Assembly: GCA_965220245.1 (NCBI GenBank)
Contig: CBDCPI010000013.1
Location: 456,900 to 520,899, forward strand
Source of the DNA: Dehalococcoidia bacterium
GTDB taxonomy: Bacteria; Chloroflexota; Dehalococcoidia; Lucifugimonadales; UBA3495
Direction of reading: 5' to 3'
DNA: 64,000 bases
Positions 43,599-54,235 of the stretch are shown piece by piece. Numbering within the stretch: the stretch's first letter is position 1; each line of letters begins with the position of its first letter. Made by a program: the position numbers and the translations under genes. A model generated the notes under the pieces. That model was given only the letters and a program-made list of their open reading frames with translations. It was not told the DNA's origin and did no database searches.

Positions 43599-43817
43599 AT
43601 GGCCCTAGACCTCAAAATCGGCGATCTAGTGCGGCTGAAGAAGGCTCACCCCTGTGGTAGCCGGATGTGGGAAGTAAAACGGCTGGGAGCCGACATCGGC
43701 ATCGCTTGCCAGCGGTGCGGCCGATACATCTTGGTGCCTAGGTCTTACCTGGAACGTCGGGTCCGTGAGGTGGTGCCTCGTGCCCGGCCAGGGGATGCTG
43801 CCTCCGGTGGTTCCTAG
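43599..43817 (+). CDS. DUF951-family small protein
   Basis: MALDLKIGDLVRLKKAHPCGS..WEV.R.GADIGI.C..CGR.I..PR. I chose the ATG at 43599 behind AAGGAAAGGG. The upstream ATG at 43551 lies in a duplicated copy of this start region. Confidence 0.8.
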   Translation: MALDLKIGDLVRLKKAHPCGSRMWEVKRLGADIGIACQRCGRYILVPRSYLERRVREVVPRARPGDAASGGS

Positions 43818-43857
43818 AGCGGGGGCCGGTCGTTGGACACGACAAGGCCCCGAGCCC

Positions 43858-44814
43858 TCATGGCGCCTTGGAACCCACCGAGGCCAATTCGGGGTCTCCC
43901 GGGGCTGTCGACCAAGCCCACGGCTCGGGGCGGAAGCTCCCCAGGTCTTCGGACATGGTGTCGATAAAGTTTCGCACTGCCCGCCCCAAGAACTTGCCTT
44001 TAAGGGTACAAACCCCGATTTCCGAGCTGGGGAAAAGATGACCCAGCTTGACCACGCCCAGCCGGTGATGGTCTTCCGGGTGTAAGGTGAAGTCGTGGCC
44101 GACGGCCACCCCCATGCCGATCTCCACGTACCGCTTGATGGACTCGGTGTCATCCATGGCCAGGATTACGTCAAAGTTAATCCCTTCTCCCTTTAGCGCC
44201 TGTTCCACCTTTTGCCTAGTCAAGCTTCCGGGACCGGGCAGGATCATGGGCCAGGCCGCAATATCTTTCAGCCCTACGACCTTTTGATCAAGGAGAGGGT
44301 GGCCAGGGGGTGTCATCAGGACCACATGATATTGAAAGAGTTCCTTAAATTCTAGGGCTGGCTCATCGGCAGGAGGAGGCGCGCAAAGGGCAAGGTCCAC
44401 TTCCCCGGACTTCACCAGTTGTATCAAGGGACTGTAGGGCCGGGCCAGTAGCCGGAGGCGGACTTCCGGGAAGCGGGAGTTGAAAGACTGAATGCTTTTG
44501 GGGAGATGGTGCATCACCAAGTCGGGGTAGGCCCCGACGAGGAAAGAACCCCGCCGCTCGGCATAGTCCATTTGGGTCTTGAGCGTATCAACCGCTTCCA
44601 CCACCGGCGTCACCAACTCCAACAGAGTAACTCCTTCAGAGGTCAACTGTATCGGGCGCTTGATACGGTCGAATAGAGTAATGCCGAATTCATCCTCTAA
44701 CTTCCTTAAGTGAGTGGTGACCGTGGGTTGGCCCAGTTCCAAGGTCCGCGCCGCCTTGGAAACACTGCGGAGCCGAGCTACGTGGTAGAAGCTCACCAAT
44801 TCACGAAGTTCCAT
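43858..44814 (-). CDS. LysR-family transcriptional regulator
   Basis: MELRELVSFYHVARLRSVSKAARTLELGQPTVTTHLRKLE (HTH) followed by a substrate-binding domain. The 89-codon 5' extension in the ORF track is discarded. Confidence 0.88.
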   Translation of the reverse strand: MELRELVSFYHVARLRSVSKAARTLELGQPTVTTHLRKLEDEFGITLFDRIKRPIQLTSEGVTLLELVTPVVEAVDTLKTQMDYAERRGSFLVGAYPDLVMHHLPKSIQSFNSRFPEVRLRLLARPYSPLIQLVKSGEVDLALCAPPPADEPALEFKELFQYHVVLMTPPGHPLLDQKVVGLKDIAAWPMILPGPGSLTRQKVEQALKGEGINFDVILAMDDTESIKRYVEIGMGVAVGHDFTLHPEDHHRLGVVKLGHLFPSSEIGVCTLKGKFLGRAVRNFIDTMSEDLGSFRPEPWAWSTAPGDPELASVGSKAP

Positions 44815-44985
44815 TTGGTATTGCCCCCAATTCGCATTGCTCAGTTTGATATAATATATCACATAGTATAACTTGACAAAATACGACGCCGAAATGAAAA
44901 ATTGGGGGCATGATTCTTCGCCGACCCATTGGAGTCGAAGTCCCTGCTGAGCCGGAGCCCTAACCCATTGTGTTTGGGGGCTATT

Positions 44986-45234
44986 ATGCCCTATGTGATT
45001 ACCGAGCCCTGCATCGGCGTTAAAGATGCCACTTGTGTCGAGGTATGTCCGGTGGACTGCATCCAGACCACCGACGAACACGACATGTTCTATATCGATC
45101 CGGTAGAGTGTATCGATTGCTCTTACTGCGAGTCGGTGTGCCCGGTCAACGCCATCTTCGACGAGTTTACGGTCCCGTCCAAGTGGCGGGAGTACATTCG
45201 TAAGAACCGGGAATTCTTCACCGGCAAACGTTAG
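44986..45234 (+). CDS. Ferredoxin (7Fe-type, two Cys clusters)
   Basis: MPYVITEPCIG.KD..CVEVCPVDCI...ECIDCSYCESVCPVNAI. Divergent from the LysR gene. Confidence 0.88.
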   Translation: MPYVITEPCIGVKDATCVEVCPVDCIQTTDEHDMFYIDPVECIDCSYCESVCPVNAIFDEFTVPSKWREYIRKNREFFTGKR

Positions 45235-45380
45235 CCTTAACCGTGCCGCCTACATTTTGTAGACCTGCTCTGGGTTAGGACTGGGACTCGCCTACCCGGT
45301 GTTTCATGGCGCCTCTCCTGTTACCTTCCACGGGCCTTTCTTGATGCCCACACTTGTAACCTCCCCGGGAGCCGCATGAC

Positions 45381-46334
45381 ATGACGTTATTCTTGAAGGA
45401 CGAAGACGTAAGGCGATGCGTGTCGATGGACGACATGCTCGAAGCCATCGAATCGATGCAGCGACACTACGGCCACGGCGAGGCCTACAACCTGGCCCGG
45501 CGCAAGATCATTGCCAGCGGCGGCATGTTGTCCGTCATGGGTGGGGGCCTCTTTTACCAGAGCTTACTTGGCGTCAAGACCTATACCGTGGTCAGAGGGA
45601 CCTACTCCTTTCAAGTGAGCCTGTATGACGCTGAAACCGGTAGTCTTATTTGCTATACCCAGGCCAACCGGCTAGGCCAACTGAGGACCGGCGCCACCAC
45701 CGGCGTAGCCCTGAAGTATCTGTCCAATCCCGGACCGGCGACGGTGGGAATATTGGGCACCGGCGGCCAAGCTCCAACTCAGTTGGAAGCGTTGAGCAAA
45801 GTCCGGACCATCAAGTCGGTCAAAGCCTACAGCCGCACTCAAGACCGCCGGGAGGCTTTCGCTCGTTCCATGACCGACGCTCTCGGGGTGGAAGTTGTCT
45901 CCGCCGCCAGCCATCAAGAAGCGGTGGAGGGTAGCGACATCGTCATATGTATCGCCGCTACCACCACCCCGGTATTGGAAGGCGGCTGGTTAGGGTCTGG
46001 GACCACGGCCATCGGGGCGGGGCCCACCAGTTGGCGGATGCAGGAAGTGGACGACGCGACTCTCCGGAGAGCCGGGAAAATAATTGTCGACTCGCTGGAG
46101 CAAGCTCCGGTGGAAGCGGGAGACATGGCCAGCGCGGTGGACCGGGGACTCTTACAGTGGAGCCAGCTATTGGAGTTGCGCCACGTCGTGGCCGGGTTGG
46201 TATCGGGCCGGGACAGCAAAGAACAGATAGTCTATGCCAAGCTTATGGGTACCGGAGTTGCTGATGTCGCGGCCGCCAAGCTGGCCTACGACCGGGCCAA
46301 GGCGGCCGGCGCTGGGATGGAGATGGACTTTTAG
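45381..46334 (+). CDS. Ornithine cyclodeaminase / mu-crystallin family protein
   Basis: 317 aa. Rossmann GILGTGGQA, and the N-terminal pattern typical of the family. Confidence 0.85.
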   Translation: MTLFLKDEDVRRCVSMDDMLEAIESMQRHYGHGEAYNLARRKIIASGGMLSVMGGGLFYQSLLGVKTYTVVRGTYSFQVSLYDAETGSLICYTQANRLGQLRTGATTGVALKYLSNPGPATVGILGTGGQAPTQLEALSKVRTIKSVKAYSRTQDRREAFARSMTDALGVEVVSAASHQEAVEGSDIVICIAATTTPVLEGGWLGSGTTAIGAGPTSWRMQEVDDATLRRAGKIIVDSLEQAPVEAGDMASAVDRGLLQWSQLLELRHVVAGLVSGRDSKEQIVYAKLMGTGVADVAAAKLAYDRAKAAGAGMEMDF

Positions 46335-46344
46335 GGGAGCGAGG

Positions 46345-49300
46345 TTACACCCCGTTCAAGTACTCTTCGGTGCACTGCACGCTGTAGTTGTTGCGTCCCA
46401 TGAGCAGGTTCTGTACCGCAGCTCTAGCGGTGTCTAGGGAGGTAAAGCAAGGCACCTGCCGTTCGGCGGCGGCCCGGCGAATGAGATACCCGTCCCGCAG
46501 CACCGAGCTTACTTCCGACACCGTATTAATGACCGCCCCTACGCTGCCATCCTCGATGATGTCAACCACGTTGGGGTGCCCTTCACCCATCTTCTTGGTG
46601 ATCATGGTGACCGGCATCCCCATAGCCGCGATCATGGCGGCGGTGCCTTCCGTGGCGTAGAGGCGGCAGCCGGCTTCATTCAACTCCCGCACCAGAGACA
46701 CCACTTCAGCCTTGTGCTGGTCCGCGATGCTCATCAGGACGCCCATCCCCTTCTCGACGTTCAAGTTGGCGGCCAACAGGGCTTTCGATAGAGCGCTGGG
46801 GAAGTCCCGGTCGATGCCCATAACTTCGCCCGTGGACTTCATCTCGGGGCCCAAATGCCAGTCGACTCCCACCAGCTTGACCATGGAAAACACCGGCGCC
46901 TTGATGCCCACCAAGTTTTGCTTTGGCCACAACCCGCCCTCATACCCTTGGTCCGCTAGGCTTTGGCCAAGCATCACCCGGGTAGCGATACCCGCCACCG
47001 GTACGCCGGTGACCTTGGAAATGAAAGGAATCGTGCGGCTCCCTCTGGGGTTGACCTCCAAAACGTACACCGAGGTGGTAGGTCGAGTGTCGGTTTGCAA
47101 GTAAGGGCTGCGGTAGGGCGCGCCTCCTTGAATGACAAACTGGACATTCATCAAGCCCTTGACACCTAGCGCCAGTCCGATACGGGTGGTGTAATCGACG
47201 ATGGTGGCGGCCTCTTCCGCCGTGAGGTTCAATCCGGGATAGGTAGCCATGGAGTCCCCGCTATGGACGCCGGCCCGCTCGATGTGCTCCATAATTCCCG
47301 GGATCAGCACCCGCTCCCCATCGCAGATAGCGTCGACCTCGCATTCCTTCCCTTCCATGTATTGGTCGATGAGCACCGGCTTGTCCGGCGCAATTTCCGA
47401 GGCCACGGTCAAGTAACGGATCAGCTCGGTGGCGTTTTGAACGATTTCCATGGCCCTGCCGCCCAGAACGTAGCTGGGCCTTACCACCGCGGGGTACCCG
47501 ATGTTCTGAGTTACTTGCAGCGCCTCTTCGACCGAGCTCACCGTAGCGCCCGGTGGTTGGGGGATACCCAGCCGGGATAAAAACTCTTCAAACTTATGCC
47601 GGTCGGACGCAATATCGATGGCCTCAGCGCTAGAACCCAAGATAGGCAGACCGGCCATGGCCAGCCTTTGGGAAAGGTCGATTGCGGTCTGGCCGCCAAA
47701 CTGCACCACTACTGGAGGCGGCTGGTCGTCCACCGCCTCGTTTTCGAGAATATCCCGCAGCGATTCCTCGTCCAAGGGTTCAAAGTACAACCGGTCACTG
47801 GAATCAAAGTCGGTGGAAACGGTCTCGGGGTTGGAATTGACCATGATGCTGGACACTCCGGCTTCGGAAAGAGCCCAAGAAGCGTGCACGCTACAGTAAT
47901 CGAACTCTATTCCTTGGCCGATTCGTATGGGTCCGCTGCCGATGACCACGGCCTTTTTGCCGGGGAGCGCCGGGGCTTCGTTCTCATAATCGTAAGTGCT
48001 GTAGTAGTACGAGGTGACAGCCTCGAACTCTGCGGCGCAGGTGTCCACCATCTTATAAACGGGCCGTAACTCCCACTGCTGGCGCAGGTTCCTCACTTGC
48101 TCGGGCAGCATGTCTGCCAGCGTGCCCACTTGGCTGTCGGAAAAGCCCAATCGCTTGGCGCGCAGTAGCAGTTCCGGGGTCAGGGACTCGGACAGTAAGC
48201 GCCGTTCCATGTCGACGATTCGCTCCAAGGCGCTGATAAACCAAGGGTCTACCTGAGACCTTTGGATAACCGTCTCCCGCTTAACGTCCCGCCTCAGAGC
48301 CGCCATAATCGCCCAGATACGCAGGTCGTTGGGCCCCAGAGGAAGCCGGTCCAACGAAAACGTCCCGTCGGCGGTCCAGCTTGGGTCTTCCCACAACAGC
48401 GTGCGGCCGCCCAGTTCTAGTGACCGCGCAGCTTTTTGGAAAGCCGCTTCAAATGACCGGTCGATAACCATCACCTCGCCGGTGGCTTTCATTTGGGTGG
48501 TGGTGCGCCGGTCGCCGTTGGGGAATTTATCGAAAGGCCAGCGCGGGAACTTGACGACGCAGTAGTCCAAAGTCGGCTCGAAGACGGCCTTGGTCATACT
48601 GGTCACGGCGTTGGGGATTTCGTCCAGCCGCCTGCCGACCGCGATTTTGGCCGCCACCCTGGCAATGGGGTATCCCGTGGCTTTGCTGGCCAAGGCCGAG
48701 CTACGGGAAACGCGGGGATTGACCTCGATTACAAAGTAGGGGGAATCGGAATCCGGCCGGTTCCGCAGCGATTCCGCCACCAGAGGATGGGGCCTCAGGG
48801 CAAACTGGACGTTGCAACCGCCCTCAATACCCAACCCGCGGATAATTCTTAAGCTGGCGGACCGCAGCATTTGGTACTCGTTGTCGGTAAGGGTTTGGCT
48901 GGGCGCGACCACAATGCTGTCTCCAGTGTGCACGCCCATGGGATCAAGGTTCTCCATGTTGCAAACGGTGATGCAGTTGTCCGCCCCGTCCCGCATTACC
49001 TCGTATTCGATCTCTTTCCAACCGACGAGGGACTGCTCAAGAAGCACCTGGGAGATTGGGCTTAGCGCCAGCCCGTTGCGGACGATGGCCTCAAACTCCT
49101 CCCAAGTATAGGCGACCCCGCCGCCAGTGCCGCCCAGGGTATAGGCCGGGCGCACCACCAAGGGCAAGCCAATCTCCCGGGCCGACTCTCGGGCCTCTTC
49201 AAGGGATGAAACCGTCAGGTTTAAGGGCTCGGGCTCCCCCAGATCACGAAGAAAAGCCCGAAAGAAGTCCCGGTCCTCCGACTTGCGAATGGTTTCCAGC

Positions 49301-49650
49301 GGCGTACCCAACAAGCGGACGGAGTATTTGTCCAACACTCCGGCATCGGCTAAGGCTACGGCCAAGTTTAGGCCGGTCTGCCCGCCCAAGGTGGGCAGGA
49401 TTCCATCGGGCTGCTCTCTTTCGATGACCCTTTCCAGCACATCTACTGTGAGGGGTTCGATGTACACCCGGTCAGCAATGCCTTGGTCGGTCATGATGGT
49501 GGCCGGGTTTGAGTTGACCAAGACCGTGGAGACCCTCTCTTCCCGCAGGGCCTTGCAAGCCTGGGTGCCGGCGTAATCGAATTCGGCAGCTTGCCCGATA
49601 ACAATAGGTCCGGACCCAATGACCAGCACCTTTTCCGGGCGACTTACCAT
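46345..49650 (-). CDS. carB: Carbamoyl-phosphate synthase large subunit
   Basis: 1101 aa. Duplicated ATP-grasp halves, N-terminal [25 protein letters not shown], and an MGS-like C-terminus. Confidence 0.97.
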   Translation of the reverse strand: MVSRPEKVLVIGSGPIVIGQAAEFDYAGTQACKALREERVSTVLVNSNPATIMTDQGIADRVYIEPLTVDVLERVIEREQPDGILPTLGGQTGLNLAVALADAGVLDKYSVRLLGTPLETIRKSEDRDFFRAFLRDLGEPEPLNLTVSSLEEARESAREIGLPLVVRPAYTLGGTGGGVAYTWEEFEAIVRNGLALSPISQVLLEQSLVGWKEIEYEVMRDGADNCITVCNMENLDPMGVHTGDSIVVAPSQTLTDNEYQMLRSASLRIIRGLGIEGGCNVQFALRPHPLVAESLRNRPDSDSPYFVIEVNPRVSRSSALASKATGYPIARVAAKIAVGRRLDEIPNAVTSMTKAVFEPTLDYCVVKFPRWPFDKFPNGDRRTTTQMKATGEVMVIDRSFEAAFQKAARSLELGGRTLLWEDPSWTADGTFSLDRLPLGPNDLRIWAIMAALRRDVKRETVIQRSQVDPWFISALERIVDMERRLLSESLTPELLLRAKRLGFSDSQVGTLADMLPEQVRNLRQQWELRPVYKMVDTCAAEFEAVTSYYYSTYDYENEAPALPGKKAVVIGSGPIRIGQGIEFDYCSVHASWALSEAGVSSIMVNSNPETVSTDFDSSDRLYFEPLDEESLRDILENEAVDDQPPPVVVQFGGQTAIDLSQRLAMAGLPILGSSAEAIDIASDRHKFEEFLSRLGIPQPPGATVSSVEEALQVTQNIGYPAVVRPSYVLGGRAMEIVQNATELIRYLTVASEIAPDKPVLIDQYMEGKECEVDAICDGERVLIPGIMEHIERAGVHSGDSMATYPGLNLTAEEAATIVDYTTRIGLALGVKGLMNVQFVIQGGAPYRSPYLQTDTRPTTSVYVLEVNPRGSRTIPFISKVTGVPVAGIATRVMLGQSLADQGYEGGLWPKQNLVGIKAPVFSMVKLVGVDWHLGPEMKSTGEVMGIDRDFPSALSKALLAANLNVEKGMGVLMSIADQHKAEVVSLVRELNEAGCRLYATEGTAAMIAAMGMPVTMITKKMGEGHPNVVDIIEDGSVGAVINTVSEVSSVLRDGYLIRRAAAERQVPCFTSLDTARAAVQNLLMGRNNYSVQCTEEYLNGV

Positions 49651-49773
49651 GGTTGCCTCCTTAGCAATGGTCCCTAAGGGAATGGTCCCGGAATTACCAC
49701 CCGTGGCTCTACGTCCTCTTGGCGGCTAGCGACCGTGAAGGCGGATTACTTCCAGGAATACTACTAACTATAT

Positions 49774-49815
49774 TATACTTTCAGCCATCCTGTTACCGGG
49801 ATGGCTGAAAGTATA
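49774..49815 (-). other. Perfect 17-bp stem / 8-nt loop hairpin between the ORFan and carB
   Basis: tatactttcagccatcc-tgttaccg-ggatggctgaaagtata. No U-tract follows on the transcribed (minus) strand. Confidence 0.6.
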
Positions 49816-49906
49816 TCTATGGGCCGGCCAGTGCGCCAAGTTAGGGTGGCTCGCCGCAGTCGGAGCGGCCGGTTGTCTCTTGTTCCAGTCCGTGAGCACT
49901 GCTTAC

Positions 49907-50323
49907 CTAAACGGTGGGCAGCACTCCCGGGAGGTCCATGAGCTCATGTTGCTGTAAGGTGTTTAGCGTATGGAACATAAAGGAGCCTAATATCTTGCCG
50001 TCGGGGTCAAACTCGTCGGCTTCGGGAAGGTCTTGCCCGAATCGCGGCGGTATCCGCAGTCGCACAAATTCGGCGTCTATCTTTTGGAGCTCAATGCGGC
50101 CTAGAGAAACAGGGGGGGCCTCGGGGCTACTGAGATCGACCGACTTGATCATCAGCTCCCAATTCCGGCCCAAAGTTCCTTTGCCGGCAATTACAGAATA
50201 ACCATAGCCATTACAGGAAAAGCCGGGCACCTCCTTGTCCAGTATCGAGACGAGTTCGGTTAGGTCCGTGGGTAACTCCACCTCCACACCCTCTTCCATC
50301 ATCACCATGGTGAAGGAAGACAT
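49907..50323 (-). CDS. Hypothetical protein (ORFan) inserted between carA and carB
   Basis: 138 aa from ATG 50323, which lies 6 nt after GGAGG. I recognised no family. It is flanked by 228-bp and 256-bp spacers that look AT-richer by eye. Confidence 0.5.
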   Translation of the reverse strand: MSSFTMVMMEEGVEVELPTDLTELVSILDKEVPGFSCNGYGYSVIAGKGTLGRNWELMIKSVDLSSPEAPPVSLGRIELQKIDAEFVRLRIPPRFGQDLPEADEFDPDGKILGSFMFHTLNTLQQHELMDLPGVLPTV

Positions 50324-50557
50324 CAACAACCTCCAAATATTGAGATAACCGTTCAGATAATAGACTGTGGGCTACTAACGCTTTCGCGGGCTCGGGCCGT
50401 TGAGATTTGCCTCGAAACCGCCGAGACAGCAACCCGGATAAGAAGCCAGAACAGCATATCAAGCTGGTCCGCTCCGGTTCCACCTATCTGGAGTGCAATG
50501 TTTGACTTCTTTTTATATTTCGATGAGAAACTGCCCTACGGAGAAAATGCTGGCCAG

Positions 50558-51688
50558 CTAGTTTATTGGTTTGGGGTCAACGTCTTCCATCATCTGGATG
50601 AACCGGTCAAACAGGTACTCCGTGTCCAAGGGCCCTGGGGACGCTTCCGAGTGGTATTGAATAGTGAACAACGGTAAGTCACGGTGCCGCAATCCCTCGA
50701 CGGTCCCATCGTTAAGATTAACGTGAGACACCTCAAGACCCGGCGGCAGGGACTCGGCGTCTACGGCGTAGCCGTGATTTTGGGCCGTTATGTAAACTCT
50801 TCCGGTGGCTACGTCCTGCACCGGGTGGTTGCTGCCGCGATGTCCAAATTTCAGCTTGTAGGTATTGGCCCCCAAGGCCCGGGCCGCGATTTGATGGCCT
50901 AGGCAGATACCCATCACCGGCACCCGGCCCAGCAGTTTGCTAACGTTCTCGACTAGGTTGTCCAATAGGCGGGGATCGCCGGGTCCTGGCGAGAGGAGCA
51001 CTCCGGAGGGATTCAGGGAGAACATGTCTTCTGCGGTGGTACTGGCGGGCAGAACTACGACCTCGCAGCCGCGCCGACGCAACAAGCGGAGAATGTTGTA
51101 CTTCAAGCCGCAATCGGCCACCAACACTCTGAATCCGACCTCGGGGAGCGCGGCGGCGTCTGGCTGGTCCCACTTGTAGCTTTCTTCGGTCGTGACGGTG
51201 TCGACATAGTTGGTATCGTCGTACCGGGCCAATTGGGCCAGCCGTCCCAAGGCGGCTTCAGGTTGGTCCTGAGTGATAAGACCCATCATTACACCTTGGC
51301 TACGCAACCGGCGGGTCACGGCCCGGGTATCGACTCCGCTAAGGCCTGGGATTCCTTGGGAATAGAGAAATTGGTGCAGCGTAGACTCGCTTAGGCCGTG
51401 GCTGGGAGCATCGCAGTGCTCTCGGACGATCAATCCGGCTACCTGGATGCGCTTGGACTCGACGTCAGTACGATTAATGCCGTAGTTACCGACCAGCGGA
51501 TAGGTGAGAGTGACCAACTGGCCGGCGTAGGAAGGGTCGGTCAGGACCTCTTGATAACCGGTCATGCTGGTGTTGAACACTACTTCTCCTTGGCCTTCCA
51601 CTAGTGCGCCAAAGGTTTCCCCCGGGTGCACCGACCCATCCTCCAACACCAAGTAGGCCTTCTTGGCGTCGGGATTTTGCCTGGTCAC
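50558..51688 (-). CDS. carA: Carbamoyl-phosphate synthase small (glutaminase) subunit
   Basis: 376 aa. GICLGHQ catalytic Cys motif, and HGYAV / ...[11 protein letters not shown] near the C-terminus. Confidence 0.95.
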   Translation of the reverse strand: MTRQNPDAKKAYLVLEDGSVHPGETFGALVEGQGEVVFNTSMTGYQEVLTDPSYAGQLVTLTYPLVGNYGINRTDVESKRIQVAGLIVREHCDAPSHGLSESTLHQFLYSQGIPGLSGVDTRAVTRRLRSQGVMMGLITQDQPEAALGRLAQLARYDDTNYVDTVTTEESYKWDQPDAAALPEVGFRVLVADCGLKYNILRLLRRRGCEVVVLPASTTAEDMFSLNPSGVLLSPGPGDPRLLDNLVENVSKLLGRVPVMGICLGHQIAARALGANTYKLKFGHRGSNHPVQDVATGRVYITAQNHGYAVDAESLPPGLEVSHVNLNDGTVEGLRHRDLPLFTIQYHSEASPGPLDTEYLFDRFIQMMEDVDPKPIN

Positions 51689-51700
51689 CGGACCTCAGCT

Positions 51701-53089
51701 CTAAGAATCGGAATATACAACCTTTCCCTCCACCAAAGTCGTAATAACCTTGCCTTTTAACCGGGCGCCCACCAACGGCGTGTTCTTACCCAGGGACTCG
51801 AAGCTCCGGGGGTCAACTACCCACTCTTGGCCGGGATCAAAGACCACTATGTCGGCCGCAGTGCCCGGCTGAAGAGTTGCCAGATGAGCAAACCCTGGGC
51901 CTAAGACCCGGGCCGGGCCGACCGTCAGCCGCTCTACCAGCGTGTTTAAGGTTAGGCGGCCCAAGTGCACCAACTCCATGGACGAGCCCAAGGCGGTTTC
52001 TAGGACGCTTATGCCAAAGGCGGCGTCGTTGTAGGTGACTAGCTTACTGACCAACTCGTGGGGAGCGTGGTCGGTGGCTATACAGTCAATGACACCTTCG
52101 GCCAGACCGTCAGCCACTGCCGCCAGGTCTTGGTGGCCCCGCAACGGCGGGTACACCTTGGTGGCGGTATCGTAGGCCGACAGCCCGGCCGGCGCCTGCT
52201 CTGCCCCTTGACGGCCCAGCACCCAGCGGTCGGTGATGGTGAGGTGGTGGGGACACACTTCGGCGGTCACGTTCACTCCCCGTTCCTTGGCTTGGCGCAG
52301 CATAGGGACCGCCCCGGCGGTGGTCACGTGGGCCAAGTGGAGCCGCCCTCCGGTCATTTCCGCCAAGGAGATGTCCCGGGCCATCATGGCTTCCTCGGCG
52401 GCGGCGGGAATACCCGGCAATCCCAAACGGGTAGCAATCCAACCTTCAGCCATTACCCCGTTGCGGGACAAAGCCCGTTCCTCACAATGGTCAGTAATAG
52501 GGACTCCCAGGTCGGCGCTGTAAGTCAACGCCAAACGCATGATATTCGGGTCGTAAACCGGGTCGCCGTCGTCACTGAACGCTACCACCCCGGCAGAGAC
52601 CAGTTCTTCCATCTCCGCCAGTTCTTTCCCTCTACGGCCCTTGGTAACACAACCAATGGGGTAGACTCGCACGACCGCGTCTTCCTGCGAGCGGCGCCGG
52701 ATCAGGTCCACCACGGCCGCGTTGTCAATCGCCGGGTCGGTGTTGGGCATACAGCAAACCGACGTAAAACCGCCGCGAGCCGCCGCCCTAGTCCCGGAGG
52801 CGATGGTCTCCTTGTACTCAAACCCGGGTTCTCGCAAGTGGCAATGTACGTCGATGAACCCTGGGCAAGCCACCAAGCCCCTCGCATCGATTATTTTGGT
52901 GGCCTCGGGGAGATGAGGCGGCGCTTGACCGTTGGGTTCCTCCGTACTGGAGACGGGGGAGACCTGACCGGTCTGATTCTGACCTACAGCAGCAATCAAG
53001 CCGTCCCGGACCAAGATGTCCGTCACCTCATCTAGGTTCCGGCCCGGATCGATGACCCGGGCGTTCTTTATCAAGATGCTGTTCATCAA
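51701..53089 (-). CDS. pyrC: Dihydroorotase
   Basis: 462 aa. PGFIDVHCHLREPG, ...ATDHAPH... Confidence 0.93.
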   Translation of the reverse strand: MMNSILIKNARVIDPGRNLDEVTDILVRDGLIAAVGQNQTGQVSPVSSTEEPNGQAPPHLPEATKIIDARGLVACPGFIDVHCHLREPGFEYKETIASGTRAAARGGFTSVCCMPNTDPAIDNAAVVDLIRRRSQEDAVVRVYPIGCVTKGRRGKELAEMEELVSAGVVAFSDDGDPVYDPNIMRLALTYSADLGVPITDHCEERALSRNGVMAEGWIATRLGLPGIPAAAEEAMMARDISLAEMTGGRLHLAHVTTAGAVPMLRQAKERGVNVTAEVCPHHLTITDRWVLGRQGAEQAPAGLSAYDTATKVYPPLRGHQDLAAVADGLAEGVIDCIATDHAPHELVSKLVTYNDAAFGISVLETALGSSMELVHLGRLTLNTLVERLTVGPARVLGPGFAHLATLQPGTAADIVVFDPGQEWVVDPRSFESLGKNTPLVGARLKGKVITTLVEGKVVYSDS

Positions 53090-53123
53090 GTTAGGGTCCG
53101 GTAGTCAGGGTCGGGAGAACCAC

Positions 53124-53200
53124 GTAACTGTTTAGAGTTGGTGAGCGCACCGGCACGTAACCGCTCATCCTGAGCGCAGCGCAGCGGAGTCGAAGGAGCG
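53124..53200. repeat. REP-like element whose 5' part mimics the IS66 terminus; it overlaps the 3' end of pyrB
   Basis: gtaactgtttagagttggtgagc matches the IS66 left end at 55033-55055 at 20/23 positions. It is followed by tcatcctgagcgcagcgcagcggagtcgaaggagcg, which is REP-like and encodes [11 protein letters not shown] on the minus strand. Confidence 0.5.
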
Positions 53201-54235
53201 CCCGCCGCAGAGTTGATAGAGTAGGGCCATACGCACCGCCACTCCTGCGGTCACTTGGTCCTCAATGACCGAATTGCCTCCATGAGCGATACTGGAGCTA
53301 ATCTCAACGCCTTCGTTCATCGGCCCCGGGTGCATTACCAAGACGCCGGGTTTGGCCTGGGCCAACCGGGTTTCAGTAACTTGCCAGCGGCGGATGTACT
53401 CCCTAAGGCTGGGTAAGAAGCCTCCCTCTTGGCGTTCGGACTGCAACCTCAAGGCCATTACCACATCGGCGTCCTGCATCGCCCGGTCTAGATCGGTCTC
53501 CACCTCGACTCCAGCCAGATCTCGGGCAGCAGCGCTGTTGCCCGCATCGGGACGCAACAAGTCCAAGGGAAGCAGCGTGGCGGGGCCGCAAAGCACTACC
53601 CGGGCCCCCATTTTGCTGAAGCCCCACATGTTTGACCGAGCGACTCTGCTGTGCAGGACGTCGCCGACGATCACCACCTTCAGACCATCAACCCTGCCTA
53701 GTCCTTCCCGGACGGTGTACAGGTCCAGCAAGGCTTGTGTTGGGTGGGCGTGGATGCCGTCGCCGGCGTTAATCACCGCTACCCGCTCCAACTGCCGGGC
53801 CAAGAGGTGCGCCGCCCCGGAATGAGGGTGGCGAATAACGATGACATCAACCCCCATAGCCTGTAGCGTCAGGCCGGTGTTGAGAAGAGACTCGCCCTTT
53901 TCGATGCTACTGGCCGAGGCGGTCACGTTGATCACGTCGGCGCTGAGGACCTTTCCGGCTTCTTCGAAGGAAACTCTAGTGCGGGTGCTGGGTTCGTAGA
54001 AGAGGGTCACGATTACCCGGCCCCGGAGTGTGGGGACCTTTTTGATGTCCCGGGCCAAGACTTCGGCCATGCCCCGGCTAGAGTCCAACACTGCCTTAAT
54101 CTCGGATAGAGAGAAATCATCCAAGTCCAGAACATGGCGACGAGGCGTCGATTCCATCGCGCCTTCGGGTGAAGCCCCTGCTCTGGACTGTGCTTTGGTC
54201 AGTGAAGCAGCATTAACTAGCCGGGGCGTGCTCAT
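53165..54235 (-). CDS. pyrB: Aspartate carbamoyltransferase catalytic subunit
   Basis: 356 aa. [13 protein letters not shown] and LHSRV motifs. The start overlaps the pyrR stop (ATGA). Confidence 0.95.
   Translation of the reverse strand: MSTPRLVNAASLTKAQSRAGASPEGAMESTPRRHVLDLDDFSLSEIKAVLDSSRGMAEVLARDIKKVPTLRGRVIVTLFYEPSTRTRVSFEEAGKVLSADVINVTASASSIEKGESLLNTGLTLQAMGVDVIVIRHPHSGAAHLLARQLERVAVINAGDGIHAHPTQALLDLYTVREGLGRVDGLKVVIVGDVLHSRVARSNMWGFSKMGARVVLCGPATLLPLDLLRPDAGNSAAARDLAGVEVETDLDRAMQDADVVMALRLQSERQEGGFLPSLREYIRRWQVTETRLAQAKPGVLVMHPGPMNEGVEISSSIAHGGNSVIEDQVTAGVAVRMALLYQLCGGRSFDSAALRSG

Noticed and set aside
50345-50359. Weaker IS66-terminus look-alikes: ataaccgttcagata at 50345-50359, and ctgttcagaagtgg (minus strand) at ~54944-54960.
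   Set aside because: Only 9-12 matching bases each. A 9-mer is expected by chance about once in a window of this size counting both strands. Their orientations do not define an element.
52058-53035. Long antisense or alternative-frame ORFs inside recognised genes. Examples are 52058-53035, 24655-25512, 23311-24120, 11030-11863, 28440-29213, 17063-17863, 35838-36509, 36002-36658 and 56949-57551.
   Set aside because: All overlap genes with clear family signatures on the other strand or frame. They have Arg/Gly/Pro-rich low-information sequence and lack RBS-like signals. These are expected artefacts of high GC content.
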